Below are positions 1 to 14,500 of a stretch of 64,000 nucleotides of DNA, one piece after another. Each line of letters opens with the position of its first letter. Within the stretch, counting starts at the first letter, position 1. The position numbers and the translations under genes were made by a program. Below the pieces are notes generated by a model, which saw only the letters and a list, made by a program, of their open reading frames with translations, had not been told where the DNA came from and did not search any database. The DNA is from Azolla caroliniana (lineage: Eukaryota; Plantae; Polypodiophyta): assembly GCA_043228905.1 (NCBI GenBank), contig JBHGNT010000022.1:7006001-7070000 (forward strand), written 5' to 3'.

Positions 1-229
1 GGGGTTGCAGGTGTAATCAAATCCAAAAAGGGGCGTGGAGAGATAGATAGAGATGGGTAGAGATCTAAGATCTAATCTATCCTCTGAATTCTGACTAAAG
101 GGAAGGGGGGGGAGGAAGAAGAAATGCGTGGCGTGAGAGGAGGTCGCAAGGAAATTCGAGTGCACTGTTCAGCAGTCGTTGCTTTGTTCTACCATAGAAA
201 ACGAGAAAGAAAGACAGACACGACACACA

Positions 230-627
230 CACACATGCTGCGTATTCAGGGATTTGAACTTAGTGACTGACCTTCGCGTAGACCTCCATTATAGGCTTGA
301 GCTTTGTTAACCGGTTTGAACTCGGTTGGGATGGCTCAAGCCGAACCGGACCGATTTGGGCCAAACCGGTTAAGGCTTAATCAGCTAGGCTAAACCGGTT
401 CTTAAATAGGTTTAGGCTTACGCGGTTTAGGAACCAGTTCGGTTCAAGTTTTGAAACTCTCAAACCGGTTAAGGCTTATATCGGTTTGGTTTGGACAAGG
501 CCAAATCGGTTAAGCCGAAACCCAAACGTTGGAGATTCGTAATAGAAAGCAAGAAAGAGAGAAGAAAAACAAACACACGTGTTCGGTCTTCTAGGATTTG
601 AACTTGTGACCTTCGTGTAGACCTCCA
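230..627. repeat. Two ~55-bp degenerate direct repeats flanking an AACCGGTT-rich quasi-palindromic block
   Basis: GGATTTGAACTT..GACCTTCGYGTAGACCTCCA at ~250-288 and ~594-627; many AACCGGTT/AAACCG copies at 308-520. Confidence 0.55.
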
Positions 628-914
628 AGGACTTATATACAGGATGAGTTAATCATGATTGGTAGAATATAAACAACTATTCCATAGTGATCAACATCAA
701 GCTTAGGGTTCTTTGCAATCACTTTCTTGGATTTTTACCTTGGAATGTTGATGGTCATCATCATCCATTATCATTGTTGTTGGAATAAAAGGCCGACTCC
801 TTCCACTATGTATCCTTAGTGTGAACACACACGTTCACAAGTTAGGGCTTGAGTATATAAGCCCAACTGCATCATTGTAGAGAGTGAGAGTTTTATAGAA
901 GAGAATAACAAAGT

Positions 915-2719
915 TGTTAGGAAACATGTCCCTCTGGAATGGGAAGAGGAGCACGAGTCGAAGAAAGGACCGAATCGGTTGACAACAACTCAGCTGAGAC
1001 CGAAAAATCAAATCGATTGTTTGATTCGGTTGTGGCCGAATAATCGAATCCGAATCGATTTGGCCAATAGTCGAATCGGTCGAAGCTGACTCGGGGCTAT
1101 ATCTGTAAATAGAGTTAATGTGCCCCTATGGGTTATATTTGTAAATAGCCCGGAATGTTGTATTAGTACAAATACACCTAGGGCAATCATAATGTTATCA
1201 TCAGAATACTAGTTGATCATTGTTGAGAAAGTCGTAGTTGGTTGTTGCCACTGTAACCAAGTGAGTGAGTGAGAGTTGTAACTCTACCGCCGACAAAGAC
1301 GTGCTTGAGGTCGGTGCCTATGAGTCTCCTTGTATTCCCCTCTCTATATAGTGATTTGTTTCTTGGGGTTTGTGGACCCCCATGGTTTTTCCCTTTCAGG
1401 TTTTCCATGTAAAAACACTTGGGTCTCTGTATTTCTGTTTTTGGCATGTCTGCATATTGTCATTCTCGATATGCATACTTGACAATCAGTTGTGGCCGGT
1501 TGATTCTCGACAAAAACTTCCATTAGAGCAGGCTACACTATCTATCTTGCTTCTTACTTCTTGTCTATTGTGCATACTTTGTCTTCCTGTCGTGTCAATG
1601 TTGTTTGCTTGACACATTAACTTGCAGGTCCTCACATCTTCTTATATATATATTTTATACAAGTGGTATTAGAGTGATCTTGCTGTCCAACAACAACGAA
1701 CGGTAGAAAGATGAAAAAGAAGCTATCTGGTTGAGAGAAAAGACTAGGTCAACAACATCTACTTTCAAAAAAAGGCGACACAATCCGGCACGAATGTGGA
1801 AATCCGGAAGTTCGATGGGAAGAACTTCGCCCTCTAGAAAGAGATGATGCAGGATGTTCTTAACATCCGACGACAAGTTGAAGCCATTCGGCATAATACC
1901 AAGCCGGCTTCAATGTCTACTGAAGAATGACAATCTATGGAGGAGATAGCCAGATTGACCATTTAGATGCATTTGGCCGAGAACCTCTATGTCAGCATGG
2001 CAAAGGAGATGACAACATTCTCTTTATGGGAGAAACTCCTGGCTTTGTACAAGAAAAAGTCCTCATCGAAGCTAATACTGATTCAATGGTTATTCAACAT
2101 GAAGCTGAGAGAGACGAATCCAGTGACCTCCCACATCAACACCTTCAACCGGGTGTTGTTTGAATTCTCTCCTCTCAAGGGATTAACTTCAAAGAAGTTA
2201 AAGCCCTTGCCCTCCTCTTGAGCTTGTCGGCGAGTCGGGAGGTATTCTTCATGACATTCGCCAATAGCAAAACTCAATTTGGACGAGAGAATCAGACAAG
2301 TCCTCACTGAGGACATTCGACGAAAATCGATGGGACTCACCATCGATGAATTGATAGAAGCTCACTACTCGACTAAGTCGATTGGACGAACCAGGCAATT
2401 GAGAGAACAAGCCGAAAGAACTAGTCAAAACACTAGCCGACCAAGAAGGAGGGAAGATCAACAATAGTTGAAGTCGAGGAATAGTTGATCAAGTGATTTC
2501 TACACTCATTGTAGAAAGAGTATTCACAAAGTTTTCGACTATTGGTCAATAAAGAGAAAAGAGAATGTCGGCGATTTGATAGGACACAAGGACAATCCGA
2601 CTCGAACCGTTCTCCAATTGGCAACCAAATCAATGTTGCTGACTCATGATCAAGAAAAATCCTCTCCCTGGAGGACTCGATGATCAGAGAAGTCCTTTAC
2701 AGTGTGTAGGACACATGAA
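915..2719 (+). mobile_element. Degraded, 3'-interrupted Ty1/copia element (5' LTR plus gag remnant)
   Basis: LTR TGTTAGG..TACA 915-1661 shares motifs (ATATTTGTAAATAGCCCG, GTGGTTTTTCC-like box) with the LTRs at 28256 and 58509; PBS TGGTATTAGAG 1664-1674; frameshifted gag (HLAENLYVSMAKEMTTFSLWEKL). Confidence 0.75.
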
Positions 2720-3329
2720 TGTGTGTAAAGATTAATGTGCGGATGCTAAACAAAACACAACCGGCTCAACCAGATAGCAACAAAGAAACACAGAGAAGAG
2801 CAATGGAGAACATAGTAGTACGTGGGAGAGACAGAGAGAGCAGAAGTCTAAAACTCAGATTAAAAAATAATAACACTTTGTACATACAATTGTGCTCAGA
2901 GGGCACTTTTATACAAGTCCATAAAGGACGGTCAAAAGTACTAACAAGTACTTCAATGCTCATAATTGAGCTACTAACACTAACTCCTAAGGGCATAATT
3001 GCATACTAAACTAGGAGCGTAGGCCTCTAAAAGGGTTTGTCGGCTCCCCACGGATCTGATTCGATGCGGCCCATGTTGAGCTTGCATCTCAACACTCCCC
3101 CTCAAGCTCAGCTTGAGGTTCCATTTGATCTGATGGTTCCTCGCCCCGGTTTCTCCTGCTAGCTTGTCTTCTGGCACGCGCTCCTCGACCTGTCCGATCC
3201 TGCACTCTTGGACCTCCTCGATTGGCTTGTTTGGTTGTAAGGCCCTTGTCAGATCCCTTACTGTCGTAGTATTGGAGCCCCTCGACTTGTCGAACCTTCG
3301 TTTCGGTGTCAACTTCGGCTGTCTCCTTG

Positions 3330-5188
3330 TCGACTTGGCCTTCATGAAATTCGGCTCTCCAAGAAGTGTTGTAACTTGTCCGTCCCAAGCACCTTGGTGA
3401 AGATGTCGACCACCTGCCGATCGGTGCGAACATACTAAAGTTTGACTTCACCACTCAGAACCCGCTCGCGCACAAAGTGATAATGCACTTCTATGTGCTT
3501 CATGCAAGCATGGAACACGAGGTTCTTGGCCAGCTACATGTTGCTAATGTTGTCGCAATAGATTGGAATCGGAGTAGGAACTTCGACCCATAAGTCTTGC
3601 AACAATCGTCGGAGCCATACAACATCACAAGTTGCGATGATACTCAGCTTCGATGCTTGATAAGGCCACTATCGGCTGCTTCTTGCTACTCTAGGCTACA
3701 ACCGCACTCCCGAGAGAGAACATGAAACCTAATGTTCACCGTCAATCTGCCGCATATCCGGCCCAATCGACATCAGTATAGCCGACCAACTGCTCGGTTA
3801 TGCTACTGGTACAACAATCCTCAATCCTTCATGCCGCTAACATATCGCAATATCCGATGTGCGCATTGAAGGTGCTCAACTGTCGGCTTCTGCATGAATT
3901 GACTTATCACGCTCACTGGATAGCTAAGATGGGGTCAGATAATGGTTAGATAGATGAGGCTTCCGACAATTTGTAACCGTTTCTCATTGCAGGCCGCTCC
4001 TGAGTTAGGATGAAGCTTCAGGTTTTTGTCGGGAGGAGTGGAGATGGATCGGCAATCCCTCATCCCAAATTTGTACTGCATATTAAACACATAATGTCGT
4101 TGAGTGAGCAATATGCCATTGGGGGCGTGGATCACTTCAATCCTAAGGAAGTAATGAAGGTCCCCTAAATCTTTCATTTCGAATGCGCCCGACAACTGGG
4201 ACTTGACTTGGTTGATTTCAGTAAGGTTGGGGCTGGTGACGACCAAGTTGTCCACATATAGTAATATACACATCGGACCTTTCCGGATGAAGATTCGGAT
4301 TTGGAGATTGCAACCCCCATCTTACGCAACCGGTGCGTGATTTTCGAGTTCCAAGCACGGGAGGCTTGCTTGAGTCTATAAAGCGAGTTCTTTAGTCGGC
4401 ATACCACCAATTTGTTCACCTCAGACTGAAAACTAGGGAGTTGGACCATAAATACTTGTTCTTCAAGGTCACCTTGAAGAAACACGTTCTTTACATCCAT
4501 CTTGTGGAGATGCCACCCCCTTTTCGTTGCTACCGTCAGCACCACATAGATAGTTGTCATCTTCGCCACCGGTGTGAAGGTCTCGTCGTAGTCGATGCAT
4601 GGTTCTGCGCATATCCTTTGGCCACCAATCAAGCCTTGTATCGTTGACTGAACCATCGACATTGTACTTTACCTTGTACGCCCATTTGCATCCAATTGGT
4701 TTGCAATGTTGGGGAGGGTCAACCAGGTCCCATGTCTTGTTGGGAGCAAGTGCCCGCATTTCTTCATCCATGGTTGATCGCCATTTGGCATCATGTGATG
4801 CCTCTGCATAGGTCTCCAACTTGTGGACTTCTGCCACTTTCGTCATGTACGCATAGTGGTGCGTCATGTTCTATCCAAACCGGATCAGTAGGTTCTTGTG
4901 GTGACTTGATCGGCGTAACTTTTCATTTCCGATTTCAGAGCCCTTTTGGCCGCATTAGACCTCAACTCTTGAGGTCCGTTATTGCTTCGATTGGTGTCAG
5001 ATTCTTCTTGATCTGATGCACCTCTGTCTTTGCCGTACTCCAACATCTTCATCTTCCCCTTCTCTTTGTGCGTGAACCATCTCCTCAGTTCCTTGTGCGG
5101 GGAGTGCACGACCGAGTCGTCACTGCTCATCGACTCTCCATTGGGTTGGTCATTCCGACTCAGCTTTTCATTCGGGCTACTCAGCCGG
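3330..5188 (-). pseudogene. pol: Copia RT/RNase H remnant
   Basis: Fragments TWDLVDPP..PIGCKWAYKVK, DYDETFTPVAK..MDVKNVFLQGDL, LLYVDNL..FEMKDLGDLHYFL in shifting frames. Confidence 0.85.
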
Positions 5189-6929
5189 TGTTGCGGTATT
5201 CCGCGAGTACGTGTAGGATCTTAGGCGGGACTGCGGGGGTCTTGGACTAGGGAGTAATGGAGAAATGGGAGCTTAACCCTTACGACTTTCAAGCTCAAGA
5301 GGAAATGAGAAAGAATAGGAGATTAACAAGGAATGAGAAAATAGAGACAAGAGACATCAAGAAGCTATAATAAGAATCCACAAAACGATTACAACCATGG
5401 CCGCGTAGGCCGAACCAACCCACTATAAGAAACCCTAATCAGATAGAAGAAGAAGAAGAATAGTAAAACCCTAAAACCCAAAATCCCTAAACCCTAATGG
5501 CGACCCAAAGAAACCCAAAAGTGGAAGCCCCTCCTCACTCAAAATAGGCAACCCCTTCACAAGAGACCCCTCACTCCCTTTTATACTAGTAAGGGGTGAG
5601 GCACATTACAAAAGGAGTGGTCAAATCCCCTTTCTTTCAAAGGATAATATTTGACCTCGATCTTAGGAGGTGAGATTGATGGGTCTTAACTCCCTCTCCT
5701 CTCACCGACATACTCAATGCCCACTACTCCCTACACCCATACTTCATGTGCCTCACTCTAGTCTACAAAGTGCACATCACCTTTATACCTTTACATCTTA
5801 CTTTTCCTCCTTATATTTGTCTTTTATTCCTATGTTACAATTTTCCTAAGTTCATGTGCAATGTTGCACATCTTGTTTTATTCCTCCTGCTCGGGTTTTC
5901 TCACCATGGCCGAAAATCCTCACGACATCTGCCCCCACTAAACCGCACATCAACCGGTATGTGCCAAGAAAGGAGAAGAGGTGAGATTTTCGGCAATGAT
6001 GATCAACCGGGTTCCGCCGTGTCCTCGTTGGCTTTGCTCGACTTCGTCCTCCATTTCAAGCATGCCCGTCCCTTCCACACGAACCGTGTCCGCCGTGTCC
6101 TCCATTTCAAGCATGCCTCTCGGGCCGCCGTGTCCGCCACACGTCCTCCGCTCTATCCGAACCGCCATATCCGACGCTCACACCTTCTTCCCCGATCGGT
6201 CCTCCCGAACAACGTTGCCGATCCGGTCACTCTTCCTTTGTCCGTCGTGTATGTCCTCCGGATGCGCTCCCAGTTACTCCGATTGCACGCCGGATTCCGC
6301 CCCTCGCATACTGCGTGCGTTCCTCCTTCGGCTCAATCGCCTCCTCGTCCCAAGCACCTCGGCGTGCATCCTCTCTCCGTTCCGCGCTTGCCTCCCGTAG
6401 GCTCTACCCATGTGTCATTGTTGTCCTTCAAATACGCGTTCGCTCTTAGGTCCTTATGTGACCACATTACGTATTAGAGATCTAGGTACTAAAGTAAGCT
6501 TAAGATAAGGATAAACTAATGATAGATAGAAAGGAGAAAGAGCAAGAAGGGTGCCGATCCACCCGACCACCCCCAAGCAAAGGGATAGAGATGGACTCGA
6601 GCCTCGATCGGCGTCCCATACCACCGTCGTGGCGTCGAGTCGTACCTGGTGCTGGCGCGCTCGCTACAAGAGTTGACCCACCACAAGTGTAGAGTCTTGA
6701 TGTAGTCAAAAGATGATCAAATGAGGGTAGCTAGGCTTCTTATTTATAGCGATACCCAAGGCCCCCAGGCAAGTTCACACTTGACCTAATGGGTTGTCTC
6801 AATCCTGAGGATTAAAAGTAATCTTCCCCTTCTTTACACTCTCGTTTAACCCTCACACTTATCCACGTGTATAGAATACTACGGTAAATTCTCACCACGG
6901 GATATTAAATGGTCATGCCCGTAACATAC

Positions 6930-9900
6930 TCCCCTTCTTTAAAACATTGCACTCTTGCAATGGAAAGTTAGGGAAGTTTGTTCTTAGAGTATTCTCACGT
7001 CCCCATGTGGCATCTTTGATAGATTTGTCCATCCATTTAATTTTAAATTCTCGGATTTCTTTAGTACGTAACTTTTTTGTTTTAACATCGAGAATTCTTT
7101 CTGGTACATGTGGTTTCGAAGATAAATCTTCAGAAGTAACCAGAGTTTCAGTTGTAACTGTGTTGTCACCAGAACCTAGAAGTTCTTTTAGACGACTCAC
7201 ATGGAAGACTGGATGAATTCCAACGCCATCGGGAAGAGCGAGACGATAAGCTGATGACCCAATGCGTTTGAGGATTGTAAAGGTCCACAAAACCGTGGGG
7301 CTAACTTAGCGCACTTACCCGTAGACAATGTCTTAGAATTGTGAGGTACACGTAAAAATACCTTCTGTCCAGGGTTGAATACACGAGGTTGCCTATGATG
7401 GTCGGCATAAAAACGCGCTCTATCTTGAGCTGTTTTTATATTATCTTGTGCAATATGCAACATATCTTCCATATCCCGAAGAAAGTTTTGCGTACTTCGT
7501 AACTCATCATGATGTATATTAACATCAATCGGGGCTCGTGGATGAAAACCATACATCAACATAAAAGGACTATATCCCGTCGACGTATGCTTGGAGCTGT
7601 TATAAGCAAACTCCAAAATTGGGAGATAATGTTCCCATTTTGTTGGTTTTGCACCAATGTATGCTCGAAGCATGTCCTCAATAATTTGATTTACTCGTTC
7701 TGTCTGTCCATTGGATTGAGGATGATCCGTGGAGCTCATGCTCAACGTAGTTTCTAACTTCTTAAAGACTTGCATCCAGAAGTCACTAGTAAACTTTGGA
7801 TCTCGATCACTCACGATATCCATCGGTAACCCATAAAAACGAAATAATTCGTCAACGAATTGGTAAGACAATTCAGGAGCTGTTACCATGGTTTTAATAG
7901 CAATAAATCTGGCCATTTTAGTTAGTCGATCAATGACAACCCAGATGGCATCATGACCTTTTCGGGTGCGAGGAAGGCTAACAATAAAATCCATGGATAT
8001 ACTTTCCCACTTATTATTGGGAATGTCCAAGGGATGTAAAAGTACTGCGGCTTTAAGTTGCTCGACTTTGTTAACCTGACATTGGTGACATTTAGTCACA
8101 TAGCTATGTATGTCAAGACGCATCTTAGGCCAATAAAATTGAGTGGAGATGAGAATGAGTGTACGATGTATTCCAGGGTGCCCAACTGAGGGTGAACCAA
8201 AGAATCCTCTTTTTGACCTCGGGTAAATCTGGAACACAAACCTTCCCATTACGGTAGAGCAAACTGTTAGTAATGTGGAAGTATTCCTTCGAGGATGTGG
8301 TGGTGTCTGTTCCAGACTCAACTCTTGCCCTGTATTTTGCAAAATAACTGTCATCAGGATACTTTCCTCGAAGGTGATCATAAAGATCTGATGTTATTTC
8401 AGTGAAGCTAAGCATGTTAACTTCACGAATGCGACTTAGTGCATCAGCGAAAGTGTTCATGGAACCTTTACGATATCGTATGGAAAAATAAAAGTCCTGG
8501 ATGAGATTAGCCCATTGTGCCTTACGACCTTTCAGGTCTTGTTGGTCACAAAAATATTTCAAGGACTCGTGGTCCGTAGTTACCACAAAGCGATTTCCAT
8601 AAAGATAATGGCGCCATGTTTTGAGCGCATGTATAACTGCAAATAATTCCTTTTCTTGAACGGTATACTTGACATTGAGCAGAATCAAGTTTCTTACTCT
8701 CGAATGCTATTGGTTTACCATCTTGATACAAGAAAACACCTATAGCATAATCGCTTGCATCGGTTTCAACCTCAAAAGGTTTTGAAGGATCAGGTAAAAG
8801 AATTGAAGGAGCCTTGCAAACCAGGTCCTTGAGTTCCTTAAAGGCGAGGTCTAGTGTAACATTCCACACAATAGGTTTTGCAGACTTACGCGTTTGACCT
8901 TTTAAAAGATCAGTAAACGACGTCGTCAATTGGGAGTAATTACAAAGAGACTTTCGCAAAAACCCGACAAAACCAAGGAATGATCGAACTTCTCGAATAT
9001 TCCGAAGAGTGGGCCAAAGCTTGATTTTCTCAATGCGAGAAGGATCAATTTCAACTCCTCGTTCGGTTATGAGATGTCCTAGATAAGTAATTGATTTCTT
9101 GAAGAACTCACATTTTGATATCTTCGCATAAAACTGTTTGTCACGCAATGTTTGTAAAACGAAGCGGACATGTCTATCATGTTCTTTTAATGTACGACTA
9201 TAAACGAAAATATCATCCAAGAAAATAACGACGAATTTTCCAAGTTGTTCTCGGAAAATGTCATTCATTTCTTGTTGAAAAGTAGTTGGAGCATTGGTCA
9301 AACCAAAAGGCATAACCAAAAACTCGTAATGGCCATAGCGCGTACGAAATGCCGTTTTAGGAACATCGTCCTCACTTATTCGTATTTGATGGTAGCCAGT
9401 ACGGAGATCAAGTTTCGTAAAATACCGAGCTCCCTGGAGATGGTCAATTAGATCGTCAACCCAGGGCAATGGGTACGAATTCTTGATCGTCACTTTATTC
9501 AAGCGTCGGTAATTAATACACATACGTCATGTGCCCTCTTTCTTTTTTACCAAGAGAATGGAGATTTACTATAACGTATATAACCCATTCGTAAATAGTC
9601 CTTGAGTTGCTCAGATACCTCATCTTCTTCGGATCGACTTAAGCGATACAGAGGTATACTTATTGGTGCAACACCAGGTACAATATCTATACGATGGTCT
9701 ATATTACGTTTAGGAGGTAACCCATCAGGTAGTTCACTTGGAAAAACATCATGAAAATCATTTAAGATTTCATCAAGTTATTGTTCAAAATATGTTAATT
9801 GAACCGGGACATTATCGATATTGTAAATGTGAATGTCCGGATCAAGTACACAATTAAATAACGTAGAACAAGACAACTCGGATTTTGATGAACACGAGGA

Positions 9901-11315
9901 AACAATCGAGAGGGATTGTTTTTTGATACATTGAATAAAATGCGTACAATTGTTCAGTACAAAAGAAATGGAATGGCGAACCCAATCAATAAATAAAGAA
10001 GAGTTTTTATTATAAAACCAGGGATAACCCAATATTACATTGGTGGTACAAAGATTCATTACATGGAAGTCTACTTCCTCTATATAAGTATCAATAGAAA
10101 TTCCTAATGAATGAATCGCCCCGTTGATGTATTGTACTCTTCCATCAGCCAAGTGCACCGTGTTGGTGTGATTACGGTGGGTTGGATTCCCCATATCTTA
10201 ACCAAACGATCATTCACAAAATTGTGTGAGCTTCCCGAATCAAATAAAAATTGTACAGGAGATTCATTGATATACCCATTTGCATGTAGTAAATCATTGG
10301 GACCCAATACATAGTGAGGGAAAGAACATTGACAATTACTTAAATGATGTGTATAGACCTGAAGGACATTAGGAATCTGACCTTTATGGTCTAAAGCTTT
10401 AGGTTTGCTATCGTGCTCTTTCCGTTGGAGCTTTCGACATTGCTCTTTTGTGTGACCCTTCTTTTTGCAGAATATGCAAAACGGTTGTTGTCGCTTACAA
10501 TCGTGATCCAGGAATTCGTTGGGTGTCTTGCGTTTCCCAACAAATTGCGACTGCTTAGTCCCGGGCGCTTCGTTGGGTTTGTTGTGGTCCTTCTTCGAAG
10601 TGCGTTGGTAGCGAAGAACTATTTCAACGGCCTCTTCGAAGGATTTTGGATCCTTATCGTGCACTATCCAGTGATAGTCCGAATTGGGGATGCCATTGAC
10701 AAAACAATGTATCAACCAATTGTCCCCTTCTAGACCCGATTTTTGGATTTGGGTTCTAGCATGGTGAACATAGTCTTCTAGAGAGGAAAATTTCCTGCTG
10801 GAGAGGTTCATTAAAGCTTGTGTTGCCTCGGTTCGAGAGGGAGGTTGGAGAAATTGGCCCTTAAAAACCGTGACAAAATCTGTCCAGGTATCGGGCAATT
10901 TCCCCATAGTACGGAGCCCACGCCACGAGGTGGTGGCCTTACCCCTGAGTTCTTGGCCGACATATGAAATCTTCGTATTATCTGGCATGGGATAGAGCTC
11001 AAAATGAGACTCCCATCGTCCCGGCCATGTGCAGATTGCTTCTTCGGTTCTTTCCTTTTTGTCTCCCGTAAATGGCTTAACAACAAATGATGGTTCACCT
11101 TGTCTCTCATTAGGTCTATTAGTCTCACGTTGTAGACTAATGACACGTGCCTCAAGAGCACTCTGAGATTGCCGAAGTTCGGTCATTTGTTGAGCGGTGA
11201 AACTAAGGTATTGGCTTATTTGTGCCAAATACATCTCAGTGGACATTTGTCCAGGAGGATTCCCTCGAGTTCCTTCCGCTTGAGCGGATGACATCAGGTC
11301 GTTAATTTGAGCCAT
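6930..11315 (-). pseudogene. gag-pol: Chromovirus gag-pol with several frameshifts and stops
   Basis: Zn knuckle CIFCKKKGHTKEQC; protease FLFDSGSSHNF; RT FLDD; RNase [11 protein letters not shown]; integrase WESISMDFI..IVSDRDPKF..GQTER; chromodomain PERILD..EFKIKW..DATW. Confidence 0.92.
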
Positions 11316-11571
11316 TAAAGATTATTTCTGGAAAAGAAATAGGATAAGGTCAGAGAGATAGTCATAACATCATGTCGTGATGTAAACATATCATGGGCAA
11401 ACATTAATCGATATCATGATCTCACGTCAATACCCCTCTAGACGTATGAGATGAGGTTCAAGATCAAGTTACTATGGTAACACAAAGGTGTTTTAAAAAC
11501 CATGGGGGTGACAATTTAATGTCTTTCCCTGATCTCTATATCGATTTTTTCATGGCGGCTCCCCAAGGCTC

Positions 11572-14500
11572 TGTCGAATACCTGTGTATAATGGACGTAT
11601 TCACACCATCCCGTTTTGGCCATTTATGTAATTAGCATAAAGGGCAGTTGCCCTAAGTCGGTCACTATATATAGTGACCTTGTAACCTCTTTGTGAGGTT
11701 GGTTGTTGTATTGTTGCTTTATGAAATAAGAAACTCTTTTGTGTCTCTCTCTCTCTCTCTCTCTCTCTGTGCAACGACCTACATTCTGTCATACACAGGG
11801 AATAAACAGGAATCGAGTGCTTCAAGATCTTCCGCACAGACGACATTGCTTCCAACATCTGGTATCAGAGCCTGCACAGTAGTCGGTCCCTCAATCCGCT
11901 GTCGGCCGTCGTCTCTGCATTCGGTTTCCTGCGTCATTCGAAGAAGAGAGAAGAAGAAGAAAAACCAGGTTTGCATCTCATCGCGTTAGATCATCTTTGT
12001 TTGGAGTAAGCCAGTAGGTTGTACTCCGCTCCCCGTGATCGTAACCGCTCGAGGTGAAATCCCCTTGTGCAACTCTGACAACAACCCAAATTCGTGCTTC
12101 ATCTGGCTGATCGACATTCGGGAGGATCAGTCGGATCCGTCTCTCTCGTCGCTGCAGTCAACCGAAGCAAAATCGGTTCAGATAATCGGTTTTAATAATC
12201 GGTATTCGGCATATATATCCGAAACGAACCAGGCTCCGACTCGGCAACATTCGGGAAGACCAGTCGGTTCTGTCCCTCAAGCTACCGAAGTCAATTCGAG
12301 CAAGTTCCGAAGCCGAACCGACTCGGGTTCAAATCTGACTAGAACGATATCGGGTGAGCCAACCGGCTGCACTCCAACAAGGTTCGTAGTCAACTTCGAA
12401 CCGAGCTTCGTCAACTGAAACCGAATTTGATGGCATCAACATCCGGCTCGTCAGAAATGAGTCTACGAAAGTTCGATGGATCGAACTTCAACTTCTGGAA
12501 GGAACAAATGCAGGACTATCTCATAGTCAAGGGGCAGATCGATCCCATCGAAAATGAAGAACCTCCAGAAGGATACAAACCAATTGAGTGGCAAAAGCTG
12601 GACAGAATCGTCCGCGCCACGATTCGGATGCACCTATCGGAATCAGTATACTTCACAGTGCAATCGTGTACGACAGCATTCGAACTGTGGAAAACACTGT
12701 CGGACACTTACGAAAAGAAGGTCGCCGCAACAAAGATGTTTCTGATCCGGCGCCTCTACAACTTGCGGATGAAAGAGTCCGATTCGGTTCAAGCACACCT
12801 CAATGAGTACGAAAGCATAAGCTCCCAAATCTCGTCACAGGGGACGGCAATCGAGGATGAACTCAGAGCAATGATACTCATGAGTAGCCTTCCCTCATCA
12901 TGGGAAACTTTCGTCACAACCGTGTGCAACGCGTCAACCACGGCTGTCAAATACTCCGAAGTCACGAGCGCAATTCTGACCGAAGCAGCTCGGAGAAAGT
13001 CTTTTGCCAAAGACTCAACAGACGACGCTTACGTAGTACAAGGTTCGACAGACCGATCGAACATACGAGGAAGAGATTCCTCACGACCGCCGAACAATCA
13101 GCGAAGACGGAGCCAGTCACGGGATAACCGAATCTGCAACTATTGCAAGAAACCCGGACACATCAAAGCCGACTGCCGCGCACTCAAGAACAAGAACAAC
13201 AAGAAGAGTGGCCGGCATGAGGAGGTCAACTACGTCAGCTTCTCAGCTGATGTGCTACCAGACGACCCGAATATACTATCAATCGAAAATCCAGTCGGAT
13301 CAGAAGTTCTACTCACGACTGAAGAGTCGAACACATGGCTCTTAGATTCGGGCGCGTCATTTCACGTGACTCCTCATCGATCCCAATTTCGGCAATATAC
13401 GATCCGTCACTCCGACTCAGTTCGAGTCGGTAACTCGCAACACTGTGACATCATCGGAATCGGCACAGTAGAGCTCAACCTTGCAGGTGGCTCAACACTT
13501 GTACTCCACAATGTCCGACATGTACCCGAGCTCTCAAGGCCATTGATCTCAGTCGGACAACTAGATGAAGACGGCATTCGTGCCGGTTTTTCTTCGGGAG
13601 GGTGGACACTCCACAGGGGGAACCTCCTGCTTGCTAGAGGACCTAAGATACACTCATTGTATCCGTTACATGTTACGCTCAGAGAGGGTAACCTGTTTTT
13701 GGTGGATATTCCTGTGTCATCACTATGGCACCGAAGATTAGGACACCTCAGCAAGGCCGGCATCACGCATCTATCCAGAGCCGGGTACATCCCCAAACTC
13801 TCCTTCTCCGACCATCAATTCTGCGAGCATTGCCAGTATGGCAAACAAGTAGCCGCATCACACCCGACATCAGCACCAAAAGAAACGAGACCTCTCGATC
13901 TAGTCCATTCGGACGTCTGTGGCCCAATGCCGAATCAGTCTCTAGGCGGTGCCTCTTACTTCGTCAGTTTTATTGACGATTCGACTCGAAAGGTGTGGGC
14001 TTATCCAATTCGCACCAAAGATCGTGTCTTCTCGATCTTCACCGATTGGCTCGCTATGGTAGAAAATCAAACCGACCGAAAGCTGAAATGCCTTCGGACC
14101 GATAATGGGGGAGAGTTCAAATCCGACGAATTCGTCAAATTCTGCCGACAACGCGGCATCCGACATGAATTTACGGCACCACACAGTCCGGAGCAAAACG
14201 GGATTGCAGAACGAATGAATCGGACAATCCAAGAAAGGATAGTTTCCATGCTCCAACACTCCGGACTGTCGGATGGCTTCTGGGCAGAGGCTCTACTCAC
14301 GGCAGTACACATAATCAATATGTCGCCAAGTAGACCTCTAGGACTTCAAATTCCTCAGGAACTATGGATCGGCAGCAAGCCGAATTACGACAAGCTGAGG
14401 ATCTTCGGATGCGAGGCGTACGCCCTTATTCCGAAAGATGATCGCCGAAAACTTGCACCTCGGTCCAGGAAATGCATTTTCCTTGGATATGGATCAGACG

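Noticed and set aside
5746-6477. 243-aa ORF
   Set aside because: Crosses an LTR boundary antisense to the element and has no motifs.
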